DNA from: an uncultured Oscillospiraceae bacterium | GTDB taxonomy: Bacteria > Bacillota > Clostridia > Oscillospirales > Ruminococcaceae | NCBI GenBank assembly: GCA_902478145.1 | Contig: CABSJT010000001.1 | Span: 5,671-69,670 of the forward strand | Direction: 5' to 3' | DNA: 64,000 nucleotides | Part shown: piece after piece, positions 30,815 through 39,457 of the stretch | Layout: every line of letters begins with the position of its first letter | Position numbering within the stretch: position 1 is the stretch's first letter | Made by a program: the position numbers and the translations under genes | The notes under the pieces: model-generated | The model's database searches: none | Seen by the model: the letters and a program-made list of their open reading frames with translations, nothing else | What the model was told of the DNA's origin: nothing

Positions 30815-32809
30815 ATGCAAAGAATTGGAGTATTTGTCTGCCACTGCGGTACTAACATCGCCGGAACGGTAGATGTTAAAACAGTTGCGGAGACTCTCGG
30901 AAAAGAGCCGGGTGTTGTTTTCTCCACAGATTATCAGTATATGTGTTCTCAGGCGGGGCAGAACATGATAAAGGAAGCTGTTGCCGAGCATAAGCTTACG
31001 GGAATAGTTGTATGTTCATGTTCACCGCGTATGCACGAAGCGACATTCCGCAAAACGGCTGCTGCTGCTGGGCTTAACCCTTATATGGTCGAAATTGCCA
31101 ATATTCGTGAACAGTGTTCATGGGTACATAAGGATATGCCTATAGGAACCGAAAAGGCGATCATTCTAGGAAAGGCTGCCGTAGCGAAAGTTAATCTTAA
31201 CGCTCCGCTTACACCGGGCGAAAGCCCTGTTACAAAGCGTGCGCTTGTAATCGGCGGCGGTATTGCCGGAATCCAAACCGCGCTCGACATTGCGGACGCA
31301 GGTTTCCCGGTAGATATTGTTGAAACAAAGCCCACTATCGGTGGAAAGATGGCTCAGCTTGACAAGACTTTCCCTACGCTCGACTGCGCGGCTTGTATTC
31401 TTACGCCTAAAATGGTTGACGTTGCTCAGAATGAAAAAATCCGCATTTTCTCTTATTCGGAAGTAACTGCCGTTAAGGGATTTGTTGGAAATTTTGACGT
31501 TACGATAAAGCGTAAGGCTAGATATGTTAAGGAGGACATTTGCACAGGCTGCGGTCTTTGCACTGAAAAATGTCCTCAGAAAAAAGTTCCTAATGAATTC
31601 AACCTCGGTATGGATAACCGCAGAGCGATTTATATTCCGTTTGCTCAGGCAGTTCCGAAGGTTGCTACTATTGACCCGAATTACTGTACAATGCTTAAAA
31701 CAGGCAAATGCGGAGTCTGCTCGAAGGTTTGCTCAGCGGGGGCGATCGACTATAACGCGAAAGACGAATTTGTTGAAGAAAAGTATGGTGCGATCGTTGT
31801 TGCAACAGGCTTTAATCCAATTTCGATGGAAAAATTCGACGAATTTGCTTACTCAGCTTCAAAAGACGTCATCACTTCGCTTGAACTTGAGCGTTTGATG
31901 AATGCGGCAGGGCCTACCGGAGGCACTCTGCTTCGTCCCTCCGACGGCGAACATCCTCACACGATCGTTTTTGTTCAGTGCGTTGGTTCACGCTGCTCGG
32001 CTTGTGCCGAAAAGGGCAAGGAGTACTGCTCGAAGATATGCTGTATGTATACCGCAAAGCACGCTATGCTTATCCGCGATAAATATCCCGATACAGATGT
32101 TTATGTATTTTACATTGACGTTCGTACACCGGGTAAGAACTTCGACGAGTTTTATCGCCGTGCCGTTGAAGAATATGGTGTTCACTATATAAAGGGTATG
32201 GTCGGAAAGGTTTCGCCCGAAGACGGAAAGCTGAAAGTTCAGGCTTCCGATCTTATCTACGGAAAACAGCTTCATATTGACGCCGATCTCGTTGTTCTTG
32301 CCGCTGCGATCGAGCCTGACAAGTCTGCAAGACCTCTTGCAACAATGCTCACCGCAAGCATGGATACAAACGACTTCTTTACCGAAGCTCACCCGAAGCT
32401 TCGTCCTGTAGAAAGTCCGACGGCAGGCGTGTTCCTTTCTGGAACCTGCCAGGGTCCGAAGGATATTCCCGAAACTGTATCTCAGGCTGGCGCTGCCGCT
32501 TCAAAGGTAATCGGACTTCTCTGTAAGGATAAGCTGACAGGTAACCCGTGCGTCGCACATTCCGACGAAATGATGTGTAACGGCTGCTCGACTTGCGAAA
32601 AAGTTTGTCCGTATGGAGCAATTTCGTATATCGACAAGGAATTCAGAATGCCCGACAGAACAACAAAAGTTCGTCGCGTAGCTTCTGTAAATGAAGCCGT
32701 TTGTCAGGGCTGCGGTGCTTGTACGGTAGCTTGTATGTCCGGCGCTATGGATCTGCGCGGCTTCACAAGCAAACAAATTATGGCGGAGGTAGACGCAATA
32801 TGCAAGTAA
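30815..32809 (+). CDS. hdrA: heterodisulfide reductase subunit A-like (FAD flavoprotein with multiple Fe-S clusters)
   Basis: A 664-aa protein with an N-terminal Cys motif (GVFVCHCGTN), a Rossmann motif (LVIGGGIAGIQ), inserted 2x4Fe-4S motifs (CTGCGLCTEKCP, CGVCSKVC), and C-terminal ferredoxin motifs (CNGCSTCEKVCP, CQGCGACTVAC). Confidence 0.85.
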   Translation: MQRIGVFVCHCGTNIAGTVDVKTVAETLGKEPGVVFSTDYQYMCSQAGQNMIKEAVAEHKLTGIVVCSCSPRMHEATFRKTAAAAGLNPYMVEIANIREQCSWVHKDMPIGTEKAIILGKAAVAKVNLNAPLTPGESPVTKRALVIGGGIAGIQTALDIADAGFPVDIVETKPTIGGKMAQLDKTFPTLDCAACILTPKMVDVAQNEKIRIFSYSEVTAVKGFVGNFDVTIKRKARYVKEDICTGCGLCTEKCPQKKVPNEFNLGMDNRRAIYIPFAQAVPKVATIDPNYCTMLKTGKCGVCSKVCSAGAIDYNAKDEFVEEKYGAIVVATGFNPISMEKFDEFAYSASKDVITSLELERLMNAAGPTGGTLLRPSDGEHPHTIVFVQCVGSRCSACAEKGKEYCSKICCMYTAKHAMLIRDKYPDTDVYVFYIDVRTPGKNFDEFYRRAVEEYGVHYIKGMVGKVSPEDGKLKVQASDLIYGKQLHIDADLVVLAAAIEPDKSARPLATMLTASMDTNDFFTEAHPKLRPVESPTAGVFLSGTCQGPKDIPETVSQAGAAASKVIGLLCKDKLTGNPCVAHSDEMMCNGCSTCEKVCPYGAISYIDKEFRMPDRTTKVRRVASVNEAVCQGCGACTVACMSGAMDLRGFTSKQIMAEVDAICK

Positions 32810-33234
32810 ATGATTATAAGCCGCTTATTGTGGCATTCTGCTGTAACTGGTGTTCGTATGCCGGCGCCGATCTCGCAGGAAACAACAGACTTAATTATCC
32901 GGCAGACGTAAAGATTATCCGTGTGCCTTGCTCCTGTCGAGTAAACCCGATGTTTATTCTCCGTGCTTTCCAGCGCGGTGCTGACGGTGTTATTATCTGC
33001 GGCTGCCACCCCGGCGACTGTCATTACACCTCGGGCAACTATTACACACGCCGCCGTATGGCTCTGCTTTTCTCAATGCTCGATTATCTGGGTATTGAAA
33101 GAGAGCGCACACGCGTTGAGTGGGTAAGTGCGGCTGAAGGCGCAAAGTTTGCCGCAACAATGAATGATTTTGCCGAAAAGGTTGCTTCTCTCGGTGAAAA
33201 CAAGAGATTGGAGGATTTGCGATGCAAGAAATAA
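32800..33234 (+). CDS. mvhD: MvhD-like (methyl-viologen-reducing hydrogenase delta subunit family; FlxD-like) electron-transfer protein
   Basis: The MvhD signature Cys pattern is present (AFCCNWCSY...VPCSCR...IICGCHPGDCH). The start at ATG 32800 (GGAGG + 9 nt) overlaps the hdrA end. Confidence 0.75.
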   Translation: MQVNDYKPLIVAFCCNWCSYAGADLAGNNRLNYPADVKIIRVPCSCRVNPMFILRAFQRGADGVIICGCHPGDCHYTSGNYYTRRRMALLFSMLDYLGIERERTRVEWVSAAEGAKFAATMNDFAEKVASLGENKRLEDLRCKK

Positions 33235-34214
33235 AGCGCGAAATTCTCATTTCCAAGGCTTCCGAAATGCTGAACAGCGGTGCAGTTGACCGCGTTCTCG
33301 GCTGGAAGAAGGGAGAATTCGATTATGATGTAACGCCTGCAATTTTCCGTACAGCAGACGAGCTTGAAAAGGAATTTGTCTGGAACGATTTTTGCGGAGC
33401 GAACTTTTCCAAGTATCTTGTAAAGGAAACAGGCAAGAGCGAGAATAAAATTCTTGTTTTTTTGAAACCGTGTGATACATACAGTTTCAATCAGCTCCTC
33501 ACAGAGCATAGATTTGATCGTGAAAAGGTGTATGCTGTCGGTGTACCCTGCGACGGTATGCTTGACGCAGGTCGTATTAAGGCGGCTGCCGACGGTATTT
33601 CTGCCGTTCATGAGGACGGCGATAAGGTTATCGTCGATACGCTTTACGACGGAAGCCTTACTCTCGACAGAACTGCTGTTCTTCCCGACAGATGTGTAAA
33701 CTGCAAGTCAAAGAAGCACGTTGCGTACGACGAACTCCTCGGAAGCGACGGTGAGGTTATTGACTCTGCAAGATTTGATGAAGTTGAAAAAATCGAGAAG
33801 ATGACTCCCGATGAGCGTTTTGCTTTCTGGCAGAATGAACTTTCACGCTGTATTCGCTGCAATGCCTGCCGTGATGTATGTCCTGCCTGCACCTGCGAAA
33901 AGTGCGTTTTTGACAACCCTAATTCTGGTGTTGAAAATAAGGCTGCTGCGAACTCGTTTGAAGAAAAGATGTTCCATATTATTCGTGCATTTCACGTTGT
34001 AGGGCGCTGCACAGACTGCGGCGAATGCTCGCGCGTATGTCCACAGCACATTCCGCTTCATCTGCTCAACCGTAAGTTCATCAAGGATATTGACAATTTC
34101 TATGGTGAATATCAGGCGGGTGCCGAGGTCGGAAGCCGTGCGCCGATTGTGAATTATACAACAGACGACTTAGAGCCAGGAGAAGCGGTAGAAAGAGGTG
34201 ATGGAAATGCGTAA
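33222..34214 (+). CDS. iron-sulfur cluster-binding oxidoreductase subunit (FlxC-like; two ferredoxin-type Cys motifs)
   Basis: Two ferredoxin-type Cys motifs are present (CIRCNACRDVCPACTCEKC and CTDCGECSRVCPQ), plus an N-terminal FrhB/FdhB-like region. It is translationally coupled to its neighbours. Confidence 0.55.
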   Translation: MQEIKREILISKASEMLNSGAVDRVLGWKKGEFDYDVTPAIFRTADELEKEFVWNDFCGANFSKYLVKETGKSENKILVFLKPCDTYSFNQLLTEHRFDREKVYAVGVPCDGMLDAGRIKAAADGISAVHEDGDKVIVDTLYDGSLTLDRTAVLPDRCVNCKSKKHVAYDELLGSDGEVIDSARFDEVEKIEKMTPDERFAFWQNELSRCIRCNACRDVCPACTCEKCVFDNPNSGVENKAAANSFEEKMFHIIRAFHVVGRCTDCGECSRVCPQHIPLHLLNRKFIKDIDNFYGEYQAGAEVGSRAPIVNYTTDDLEPGEAVERGDGNA

Positions 34215-35229
34215 AATTTCACTTGATAAGCTTAATTCACTTTTTTCCGCAATTTCTGAAACCGAAGCGCTTTATCTGCCCGTTGATACCGAAGCGGGTG
34301 CTAAGTATGAAAAATGGGAAAGCGGAAAAACACTTTCCAACGCTCTCAATACTGTGAGAAGTGCAAAGGACTTCTTCTTCCCTCAGACTGAAAACCTTAT
34401 GGATTTCAAAATGGAAGGGAAGAGCATTGAAGTAATCGATACGCGCAGCGAATGTGAAGATTTTGTTATTTTCGGAGTTCGCGCCTGCGATGTAAAGAGC
34501 TTTGAAGTTCTTGACCGCGTATTTCTTGCTGAACCTGTTGATTCTTATTACAAAAATCGCCGCGATCATGCCGTGATTATGTCTATGGCTTGCACAAAGC
34601 CCCATGAGACTTGCTTCTGCGGCACTTTTGGAATTGACGCTGCAAATCCCGAGGGAGATGTTGTGTGTTACAAGACCGATGACGCTCTTTACATGAATGC
34701 AAAGACCGAAAAAGGCGCAAAGCTGCTTGAAGCGCTTTCTTCAATAACCGAAGAAAGTGACGAAGCTGTGGTAAACGACCAGAAAAAGGTCATTGCGGAA
34801 CGACTTTCAAAGCTTCCGCTCGCAGATCTTTCAGCCGAAGCTTTCGGAAACGGAAAAACCTCGGTATTTTTTGACGCGCCCGAATGGAAAGAACTTTCAG
34901 AATCATGCCTTGGCTGCGGAACATGCACATTTGTATGCCCGACTTGTCAGTGCTACGATATCAAGGATTTCAACACAGGTCACGGCGTAAAGCGTTTCCG
35001 CTGCTGGGATTCGTGTATGTACTCCGAATTTACAAAAATGTCGGCAGGACAGCCCAGACTTACTCAGCTTGAACGTTTCCGTCAGCGCTTTATGCACAAG
35101 CTGGTCTACTATCCGACCAACAATGACGGTCTGTTCTCCTGCGTGGGCTGCGGCAGATGCATGGCTAAATGTCCTATTCAGATGAATATTGTAAAGGTAA
35201 TGAAAAAGTTAGGAGGAAGCATAAAATGA
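34207..35229 (+). CDS. 4Fe-4S dicluster protein, sulfhydrogenase beta (HydB)/AsrA-like (FlxB-like)
   Basis: Cys motifs CLGCGTCTFVCPTCQC and CVGCGRCMAKCP are present. The start is taken at the third ATG (GAGGTG + 6 nt). Confidence 0.65.
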   Translation: MRKISLDKLNSLFSAISETEALYLPVDTEAGAKYEKWESGKTLSNALNTVRSAKDFFFPQTENLMDFKMEGKSIEVIDTRSECEDFVIFGVRACDVKSFEVLDRVFLAEPVDSYYKNRRDHAVIMSMACTKPHETCFCGTFGIDAANPEGDVVCYKTDDALYMNAKTEKGAKLLEALSSITEESDEAVVNDQKKVIAERLSKLPLADLSAEAFGNGKTSVFFDAPEWKELSESCLGCGTCTFVCPTCQCYDIKDFNTGHGVKRFRCWDSCMYSEFTKMSAGQPRLTQLERFRQRFMHKLVYYPTNNDGLFSCVGCGRCMAKCPIQMNIVKVMKKLGGSIK

Positions 35230-36059
35230 TTGATATAAAAGAACCGCTTATCCCTGTGGTTGGCGTTGTTACAGATATCAGAATTGATACTCCCGACGTA
35301 AAGACCTTTCGCGTAGTTACTCCCGACGGCAAGAAGGCTTTTGAACATAAGCCCGGACAGTGCGCAATGCTGTCAATTCCCGGAGTAGGAGAGGCTATGT
35401 TTTCAATAACTTCTTCTCCGACAAATACCGAATTTATGGAATTTTCCATAAAGAAGTGCGGCTGCGTTACCGAGTGGCTTCATTCTATGGAAGTCGGACA
35501 GCAGATCACGATACGCGGACCTTACGGCAACGCATTCCCTGTGGATACGGAATTTGCCGGTCATGATATGCTTTTTATCGCGGGTGGTATCGGACTTGCT
35601 CCGCTTCGTTCCGTTATAAATTATTGCCGTCATTACCGCGATCGTTACGGAAAAATTGATATTGTATACGGTTCGCGCAGTATGCAGGATCTCGTAGACT
35701 ATCAGGAAATTATCAATGAATGGGCTAAGGATACCGGCGTTAATGTTCATCTTACAATCGACCGTGAACAGCCCGAATGGGAAGGTCATGTCGGATTTGT
35801 ACCCAACTATGTTAAGGAACTCGGCTTTTCAACCGATAAGATTGCTATTCTTTGCGGACCGCCTATAATGATCAAATTCACACTTGCGGGACTTCAGGAG
35901 CTTGGATTTGACAAGACTCAGGTGTATACGACTATGGAGCTTCGCATGAAGTGCGGAATAGGCAAGTGCGGTAGATGCAATATCGGTTCAAAGTACGTCT
36001 GCAAGGATGGTCCTGTTTTCCGCTGCGACCAGATCGACGAGCTTCCCGATGAATACTGA
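35226..36059 (+). CDS. FAD/NAD(P)-binding oxidoreductase with C-terminal [2Fe-2S] Cys cluster, sulfhydrogenase gamma (HydG)/AsrB/PyrK-like (FlxA-like)
   Basis: FAD-binding beta-barrel and NAD-binding motifs (MLFIAGGIGLAPL), plus a C-terminal Cys cluster (CGIGKCGRCNIGSKYVCKDGP). The ATGA overlap with the upstream stop sets the start at 35226. Confidence 0.7.
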   Translation: MIDIKEPLIPVVGVVTDIRIDTPDVKTFRVVTPDGKKAFEHKPGQCAMLSIPGVGEAMFSITSSPTNTEFMEFSIKKCGCVTEWLHSMEVGQQITIRGPYGNAFPVDTEFAGHDMLFIAGGIGLAPLRSVINYCRHYRDRYGKIDIVYGSRSMQDLVDYQEIINEWAKDTGVNVHLTIDREQPEWEGHVGFVPNYVKELGFSTDKIAILCGPPIMIKFTLAGLQELGFDKTQVYTTMELRMKCGIGKCGRCNIGSKYVCKDGPVFRCDQIDELPDEY

Positions 36060-36075
36060 TAAGGAGAATTTGAAC

Positions 36076-36750
36076 ATGGAAAATATGGTTAACATTTACC
36101 TGTTCGGCAAGCAGTACAGCGTACCCGACAACCTGACAATTATGCGCGCTATGGAGTACGCCGGTTATCAGCTCGTTCGTGGCTGCGGCTGCCGTAACGG
36201 TTTCTGCGGCGCTTGCGCTACGATTTATCGTATTAAGGGCGACAGAGAACTCAAGACCTGTCTTGCCTGCCAGACAAAGGTTGAAAACAATATGTATATC
36301 GCAACGCTTCCTTTCTTCCCTCTTGTGAAGCAGGTTTACGATATTGAAAAGATTAAGCCTACCGAACAGATAATGATGCAGCTTTATCCCGAAATTTACG
36401 CTTGCGTAGGCTGTAATGCCTGCACAAAGAGCTGCACACAGGAGCTGAACGTTATGCAATACATCGCATACGCCCAGCGCGGTGAGTTTGATAAGTGCGC
36501 CGAAGAATCCTTTGACTGTGTAATGTGCGGCGTTTGTTCGTCTCGCTGCCCCGCAGGCATTTCTCATCCGCAGGTTGCAATGCTCGCACGCCGTCTCAAC
36601 GGAAAGTATCTCGCTCCTAAGACTGAACACCTTGCAAACCGTGTAAAGGAAATTAAGGACGGAACATTTACCGAACTTATTGAAAACCTCATGGGCAAGC
36701 CGATAGAGGAGATAAAAGAACTCTATAATAACAGAGATATAGAGAAGTAA
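36076..36750 (+). CDS. frdB: succinate dehydrogenase/fumarate reductase iron-sulfur subunit-like (2Fe-2S + 4Fe-4S/3Fe-4S)
   Basis: An N-terminal 2Fe-2S ferredoxin-like fold (GCGCRNGFCGACA...C) is followed by CVGCNACTKSC and CVMCGVCSSRCP. Start at ATG 36076 (AAGGAGA + 8 nt). Confidence 0.7.
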   Translation: MENMVNIYLFGKQYSVPDNLTIMRAMEYAGYQLVRGCGCRNGFCGACATIYRIKGDRELKTCLACQTKVENNMYIATLPFFPLVKQVYDIEKIKPTEQIMMQLYPEIYACVGCNACTKSCTQELNVMQYIAYAQRGEFDKCAEESFDCVMCGVCSSRCPAGISHPQVAMLARRLNGKYLAPKTEHLANRVKEIKDGTFTELIENLMGKPIEEIKELYNNRDIEK

Positions 36751-36764
36751 GGAGGATAAAGTCG

Positions 36765-38363
36765 ATGTATTCAAAAGAATTTCAGGAATCCTTGGCGGCA
36801 GTTGAGGTGGCGAGAGCTGAAAACATAGCTTATGAGCCTGCCAGAATGACTGCGAAAGAAAAGGAAGATCTTCTTGCGGCTTATCACCCTGACTATAAGA
36901 AGAGCGAATTTTCTGTTTTAAAAATAGGCCCGAATAAGGGCGAAGAAGTTCCGCATGAGCTTTGCGAAATGCTTCAGGCACACAGCCGTATTTCCGCAAA
37001 TGATGTTGATCTCAACAACGTAAAGTATGACGTTGACGTTCTTATTATCGGCGGCGGCGGAGCAGGTGCTTCTGCGGCTATTGAAGCTGACAATGCGGGC
37101 GCAAAGACCATGATCGTTACAAAACTTCGTATGGGTGACGCAAATACAATGATGGCTGAGGGCGGAATTCAGGCGGCTGACAAACCCAATGACTCTCCCG
37201 CAATCCATTTCGTTGACGCATTCGGCGGCGGACATTACGCTGCTAAACGTGAACTTCTCGCAAAGCTGGTTTGTGACGCTCCCGAAGCTATTCAGTGGCT
37301 TAATGATCTCGGTGTTGAATTTGATAAGGCTCCCGACGGAACAATGATTACCACTCACGGCGGCGGAACTTCGAGAAAGCGTATGCACGCAGCGAAGGAC
37401 TATTCCGGTGCGGAAATCATGCGTACGCTTCGCGACGAAGTTATCAATCGTGGCATTGAAATTGTTGATTTTACTTCGGCGATTGAACTTATCCTTGATG
37501 AAAATGGCAGAGCAGCGGGCGCGGTTCTCATGAATATGGAAACGCATGAACTTATGGTCGCACGCGCTAAAACGGTTATTATCGCAACAGGCGGCGCGGG
37601 ACGTATGCATTATCAGGGCTTCCCGACTTCTAACCACTACGGTGCAACCGCAGACGGTCTTGTGCTTGGTTATCGCGTCGGCGCAAAGCTCCTTTATGCT
37701 GATACTCTCCAGTATCACCCCACAGGTGCGGCATTCCCGCAGCAGATTTTCGGCGCACTTGTTACCGAAAAGGTTCGTTCGCTCGGAGCTAAGCTTGTAA
37801 ATCGTGACGGTAAGGTATTCATGCATCCGCTTGAAACCCGTGACGTTGCGGCAGCTTCCATTATCCGCGAGTGTTCTGACCGTGGCGAGGGCGTAAATAC
37901 CGGCAGTGGTGAGGCTGTATGGCTTGACACTCCTATGATTGAAGCAATAGGCGGCGAAGGCACTATTGAAAAGCGTATTCCTGCAATGATGCGAATGTTT
38001 GCAGGCTGCGGAATTGATATACGCAAGGAACCTATCCTTGTTTACCCTACGCTTCACTATCAGAACGGTGGTCTTGACATCGACGTAAACGGAATGACCA
38101 CAAATGTTGAAAATCTGTTTGTAGCAGGTGAAGCAGTCGGAGGTATTCACGGACGCAACCGTCTTATGGGCAACTCGCTTCTCGACATAATCGTATTCGG
38201 AAGAAGCGCAGGCAAGAACGCTTCCGCGCGTGCTAAGGAAGTTACAGTCGGAAAGCTCACTCTTGATCACATTGCAAAGTTCGACGCAGAGCGTGAAGCG
38301 GCGGGCATAAAAACTGACGCCGTATCTCCGAAGCTTCTGCCCGATTATCGCAGAAAATTATAA
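36765..38363 (+). CDS. frdA: fumarate reductase/succinate dehydrogenase flavoprotein-like subunit (soluble type, non-covalent FAD predicted)
   Basis: A Rossmann motif (DVLIIGGGGAGASAA), the HPT motif (LQYHPTGA), and a C-terminal RNRLMGNSLLD are present. The covalent-FAD His position reads GDANTMMAEGG (Asn, where SdhA/FrdA have RSHTVAAEGG). There is an N-terminal extension of about 90 aa. Confidence 0.72.
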   Translation: MYSKEFQESLAAVEVARAENIAYEPARMTAKEKEDLLAAYHPDYKKSEFSVLKIGPNKGEEVPHELCEMLQAHSRISANDVDLNNVKYDVDVLIIGGGGAGASAAIEADNAGAKTMIVTKLRMGDANTMMAEGGIQAADKPNDSPAIHFVDAFGGGHYAAKRELLAKLVCDAPEAIQWLNDLGVEFDKAPDGTMITTHGGGTSRKRMHAAKDYSGAEIMRTLRDEVINRGIEIVDFTSAIELILDENGRAAGAVLMNMETHELMVARAKTVIIATGGAGRMHYQGFPTSNHYGATADGLVLGYRVGAKLLYADTLQYHPTGAAFPQQIFGALVTEKVRSLGAKLVNRDGKVFMHPLETRDVAAASIIRECSDRGEGVNTGSGEAVWLDTPMIEAIGGEGTIEKRIPAMMRMFAGCGIDIRKEPILVYPTLHYQNGGLDIDVNGMTTNVENLFVAGEAVGGIHGRNRLMGNSLLDIIVFGRSAGKNASARAKEVTVGKLTLDHIAKFDAEREAAGIKTDAVSPKLLPDYRRKL

Positions 38364-38390
38364 TAACACAAAAGAAAGCTGGACAAAAAC

Positions 38391-38711
38391 ATGGTTACAG
38401 ATTTACTCGAAGCACTGATGATATTCTGTTTTGGTCTTTCGTGGCCGATTTCTATTCGCAAATCCTACATTTCTCGCACCGCAAAGGGCAAGAGCCTTTT
38501 CTTTGAAATTTTCCTTCTCGTTGGATATATTTTCGGTATCGTTAAGAAGATTATTGAAGCGACAGGCGGAGAAAAGGAGCTTGGATTTATATTTATCCTG
38601 AGCTTTATCTTCTACATTATCAACTTTGTAGCGATTTCGATAGACGTTGGTTTGTATTTCAGAAACAGAAAGCTTGACCAGGCGGCAGAGCTTGCAGAAA
38701 AGAAATCGTAA
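38391..38711 (+). CDS. small hydrophobic membrane protein (2-3 TM), function unknown
   Basis: A 106-aa protein with hydrophobic segments (LMIFCFGLSWPI, FFEIFLLVGYIFGIV, FIFILSFIFYIINFVAI). It is followed by a terminator. Confidence 0.45.
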   Translation: MVTDLLEALMIFCFGLSWPISIRKSYISRTAKGKSLFFEIFLLVGYIFGIVKKIIEATGGEKELGFIFILSFIFYIINFVAISIDVGLYFRNRKLDQAAELAEKKS

Positions 38712-38720
38712 TTCGTAAAA

Positions 38721-38772
38721 CGATTTAAAGCGGCGCCGCACTATATCGCAGTGATTGTGCGGCGCAGTTTTA
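38721..38772 (+). terminator. rho-independent terminator (GC-rich 9-bp stem + T-tract)
   Basis: GCGCCGCAC-tatatcgcagtgatt-GTGCGGCGC followed by AGTTTTAATTCTTTC. Confidence 0.5.
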
Positions 38773-38796
38773 ATTCTTTCAGGAGGTGGATTTTTT

Positions 38797-39426
38797 GTGA
38801 AGCAGGTTGAGGTTTCGCGTGCAACAATGGGGCGTATCCCAGTTTATCTCAGGCATCTTAAAAGCACGCGCCGTGATACCGAAAACATTTCATCCACGGC
38901 TCTTGCAAAAGAACTTGGCTTAGGCGAGGTTCAGGTTCGTAAAGACCTTGGCGCTGTAAGCGGAGCAGGCAGACCCAAAACAGGGTACAATGTCGGCGAA
39001 CTTATAGCAGCTCTTGAGAAATTTCTCGGAGCGGACGAAAACAGCAAGGTCGTATTGGTCGGAGCGGGAAAGCTCGGCAGAGCTTTGTTGGATTACGGCG
39101 GATTCGGCGATTACGGACTTGATATAATGGCGGCTTTTGATACTGCTGTGAGTGAAACGCAGTACAGTAATTCAGGAAAGCCGATTTATTCTATGGATTT
39201 TTTGGATCAATTTTGCGGAGATAACAATATACGAATAGGAATTATTGCTGTACCCTCAAACAGCGCGCAGGCGGTCTGCGATCGGCTTGTCGGCAGCGGT
39301 ATAAGGGCAATATGGTGTTTTGCGCCGTGCGTGCTTTCTGTTCCGAGAGAAATTCCTGTTCAATATGAAAACATGGCACTTTCGCTTGCTTATTTAAACA
39401 AAAGAATATCGGGAGAAAATGTATAA
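38797..39426 (+). CDS. rex: redox-sensing transcriptional repressor Rex (copy 2)
   Basis: GTG start (AGGAGGTG + 8 nt). The N-terminus is Rex-like (RATMGRIPVYLRHL) and the Rossmann domain carries VLVGAGKLGRAL. It lies directly upstream of the ferredoxin and hydrogenase genes. Confidence 0.8.
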   Translation: MKQVEVSRATMGRIPVYLRHLKSTRRDTENISSTALAKELGLGEVQVRKDLGAVSGAGRPKTGYNVGELIAALEKFLGADENSKVVLVGAGKLGRALLDYGGFGDYGLDIMAAFDTAVSETQYSNSGKPIYSMDFLDQFCGDNNIRIGIIAVPSNSAQAVCDRLVGSGIRAIWCFAPCVLSVPREIPVQYENMALSLAYLNKRISGENV

Positions 39427-39457
39427 CATTTTTTCGCGAAGACGAAAGGAAATTTCA

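Noticed and set aside
35169-35225. Upstream track start for the FlxA-like gene
   Set aside because: It would overlap the preceding gene by 60 nt. The ATGA stop-start overlap at 35226 fits operon coupling.
36918-38270. 450-aa minus-strand ORF antisense to the frdA-like gene (plus similar long antisense ORFs at 16596..17087, 18103..18978 and 31988..32392)
   Set aside because: These are shadow ORFs opposite strongly homologous sense genes. They are Cys/Ser/Arg-rich and have no RBS.
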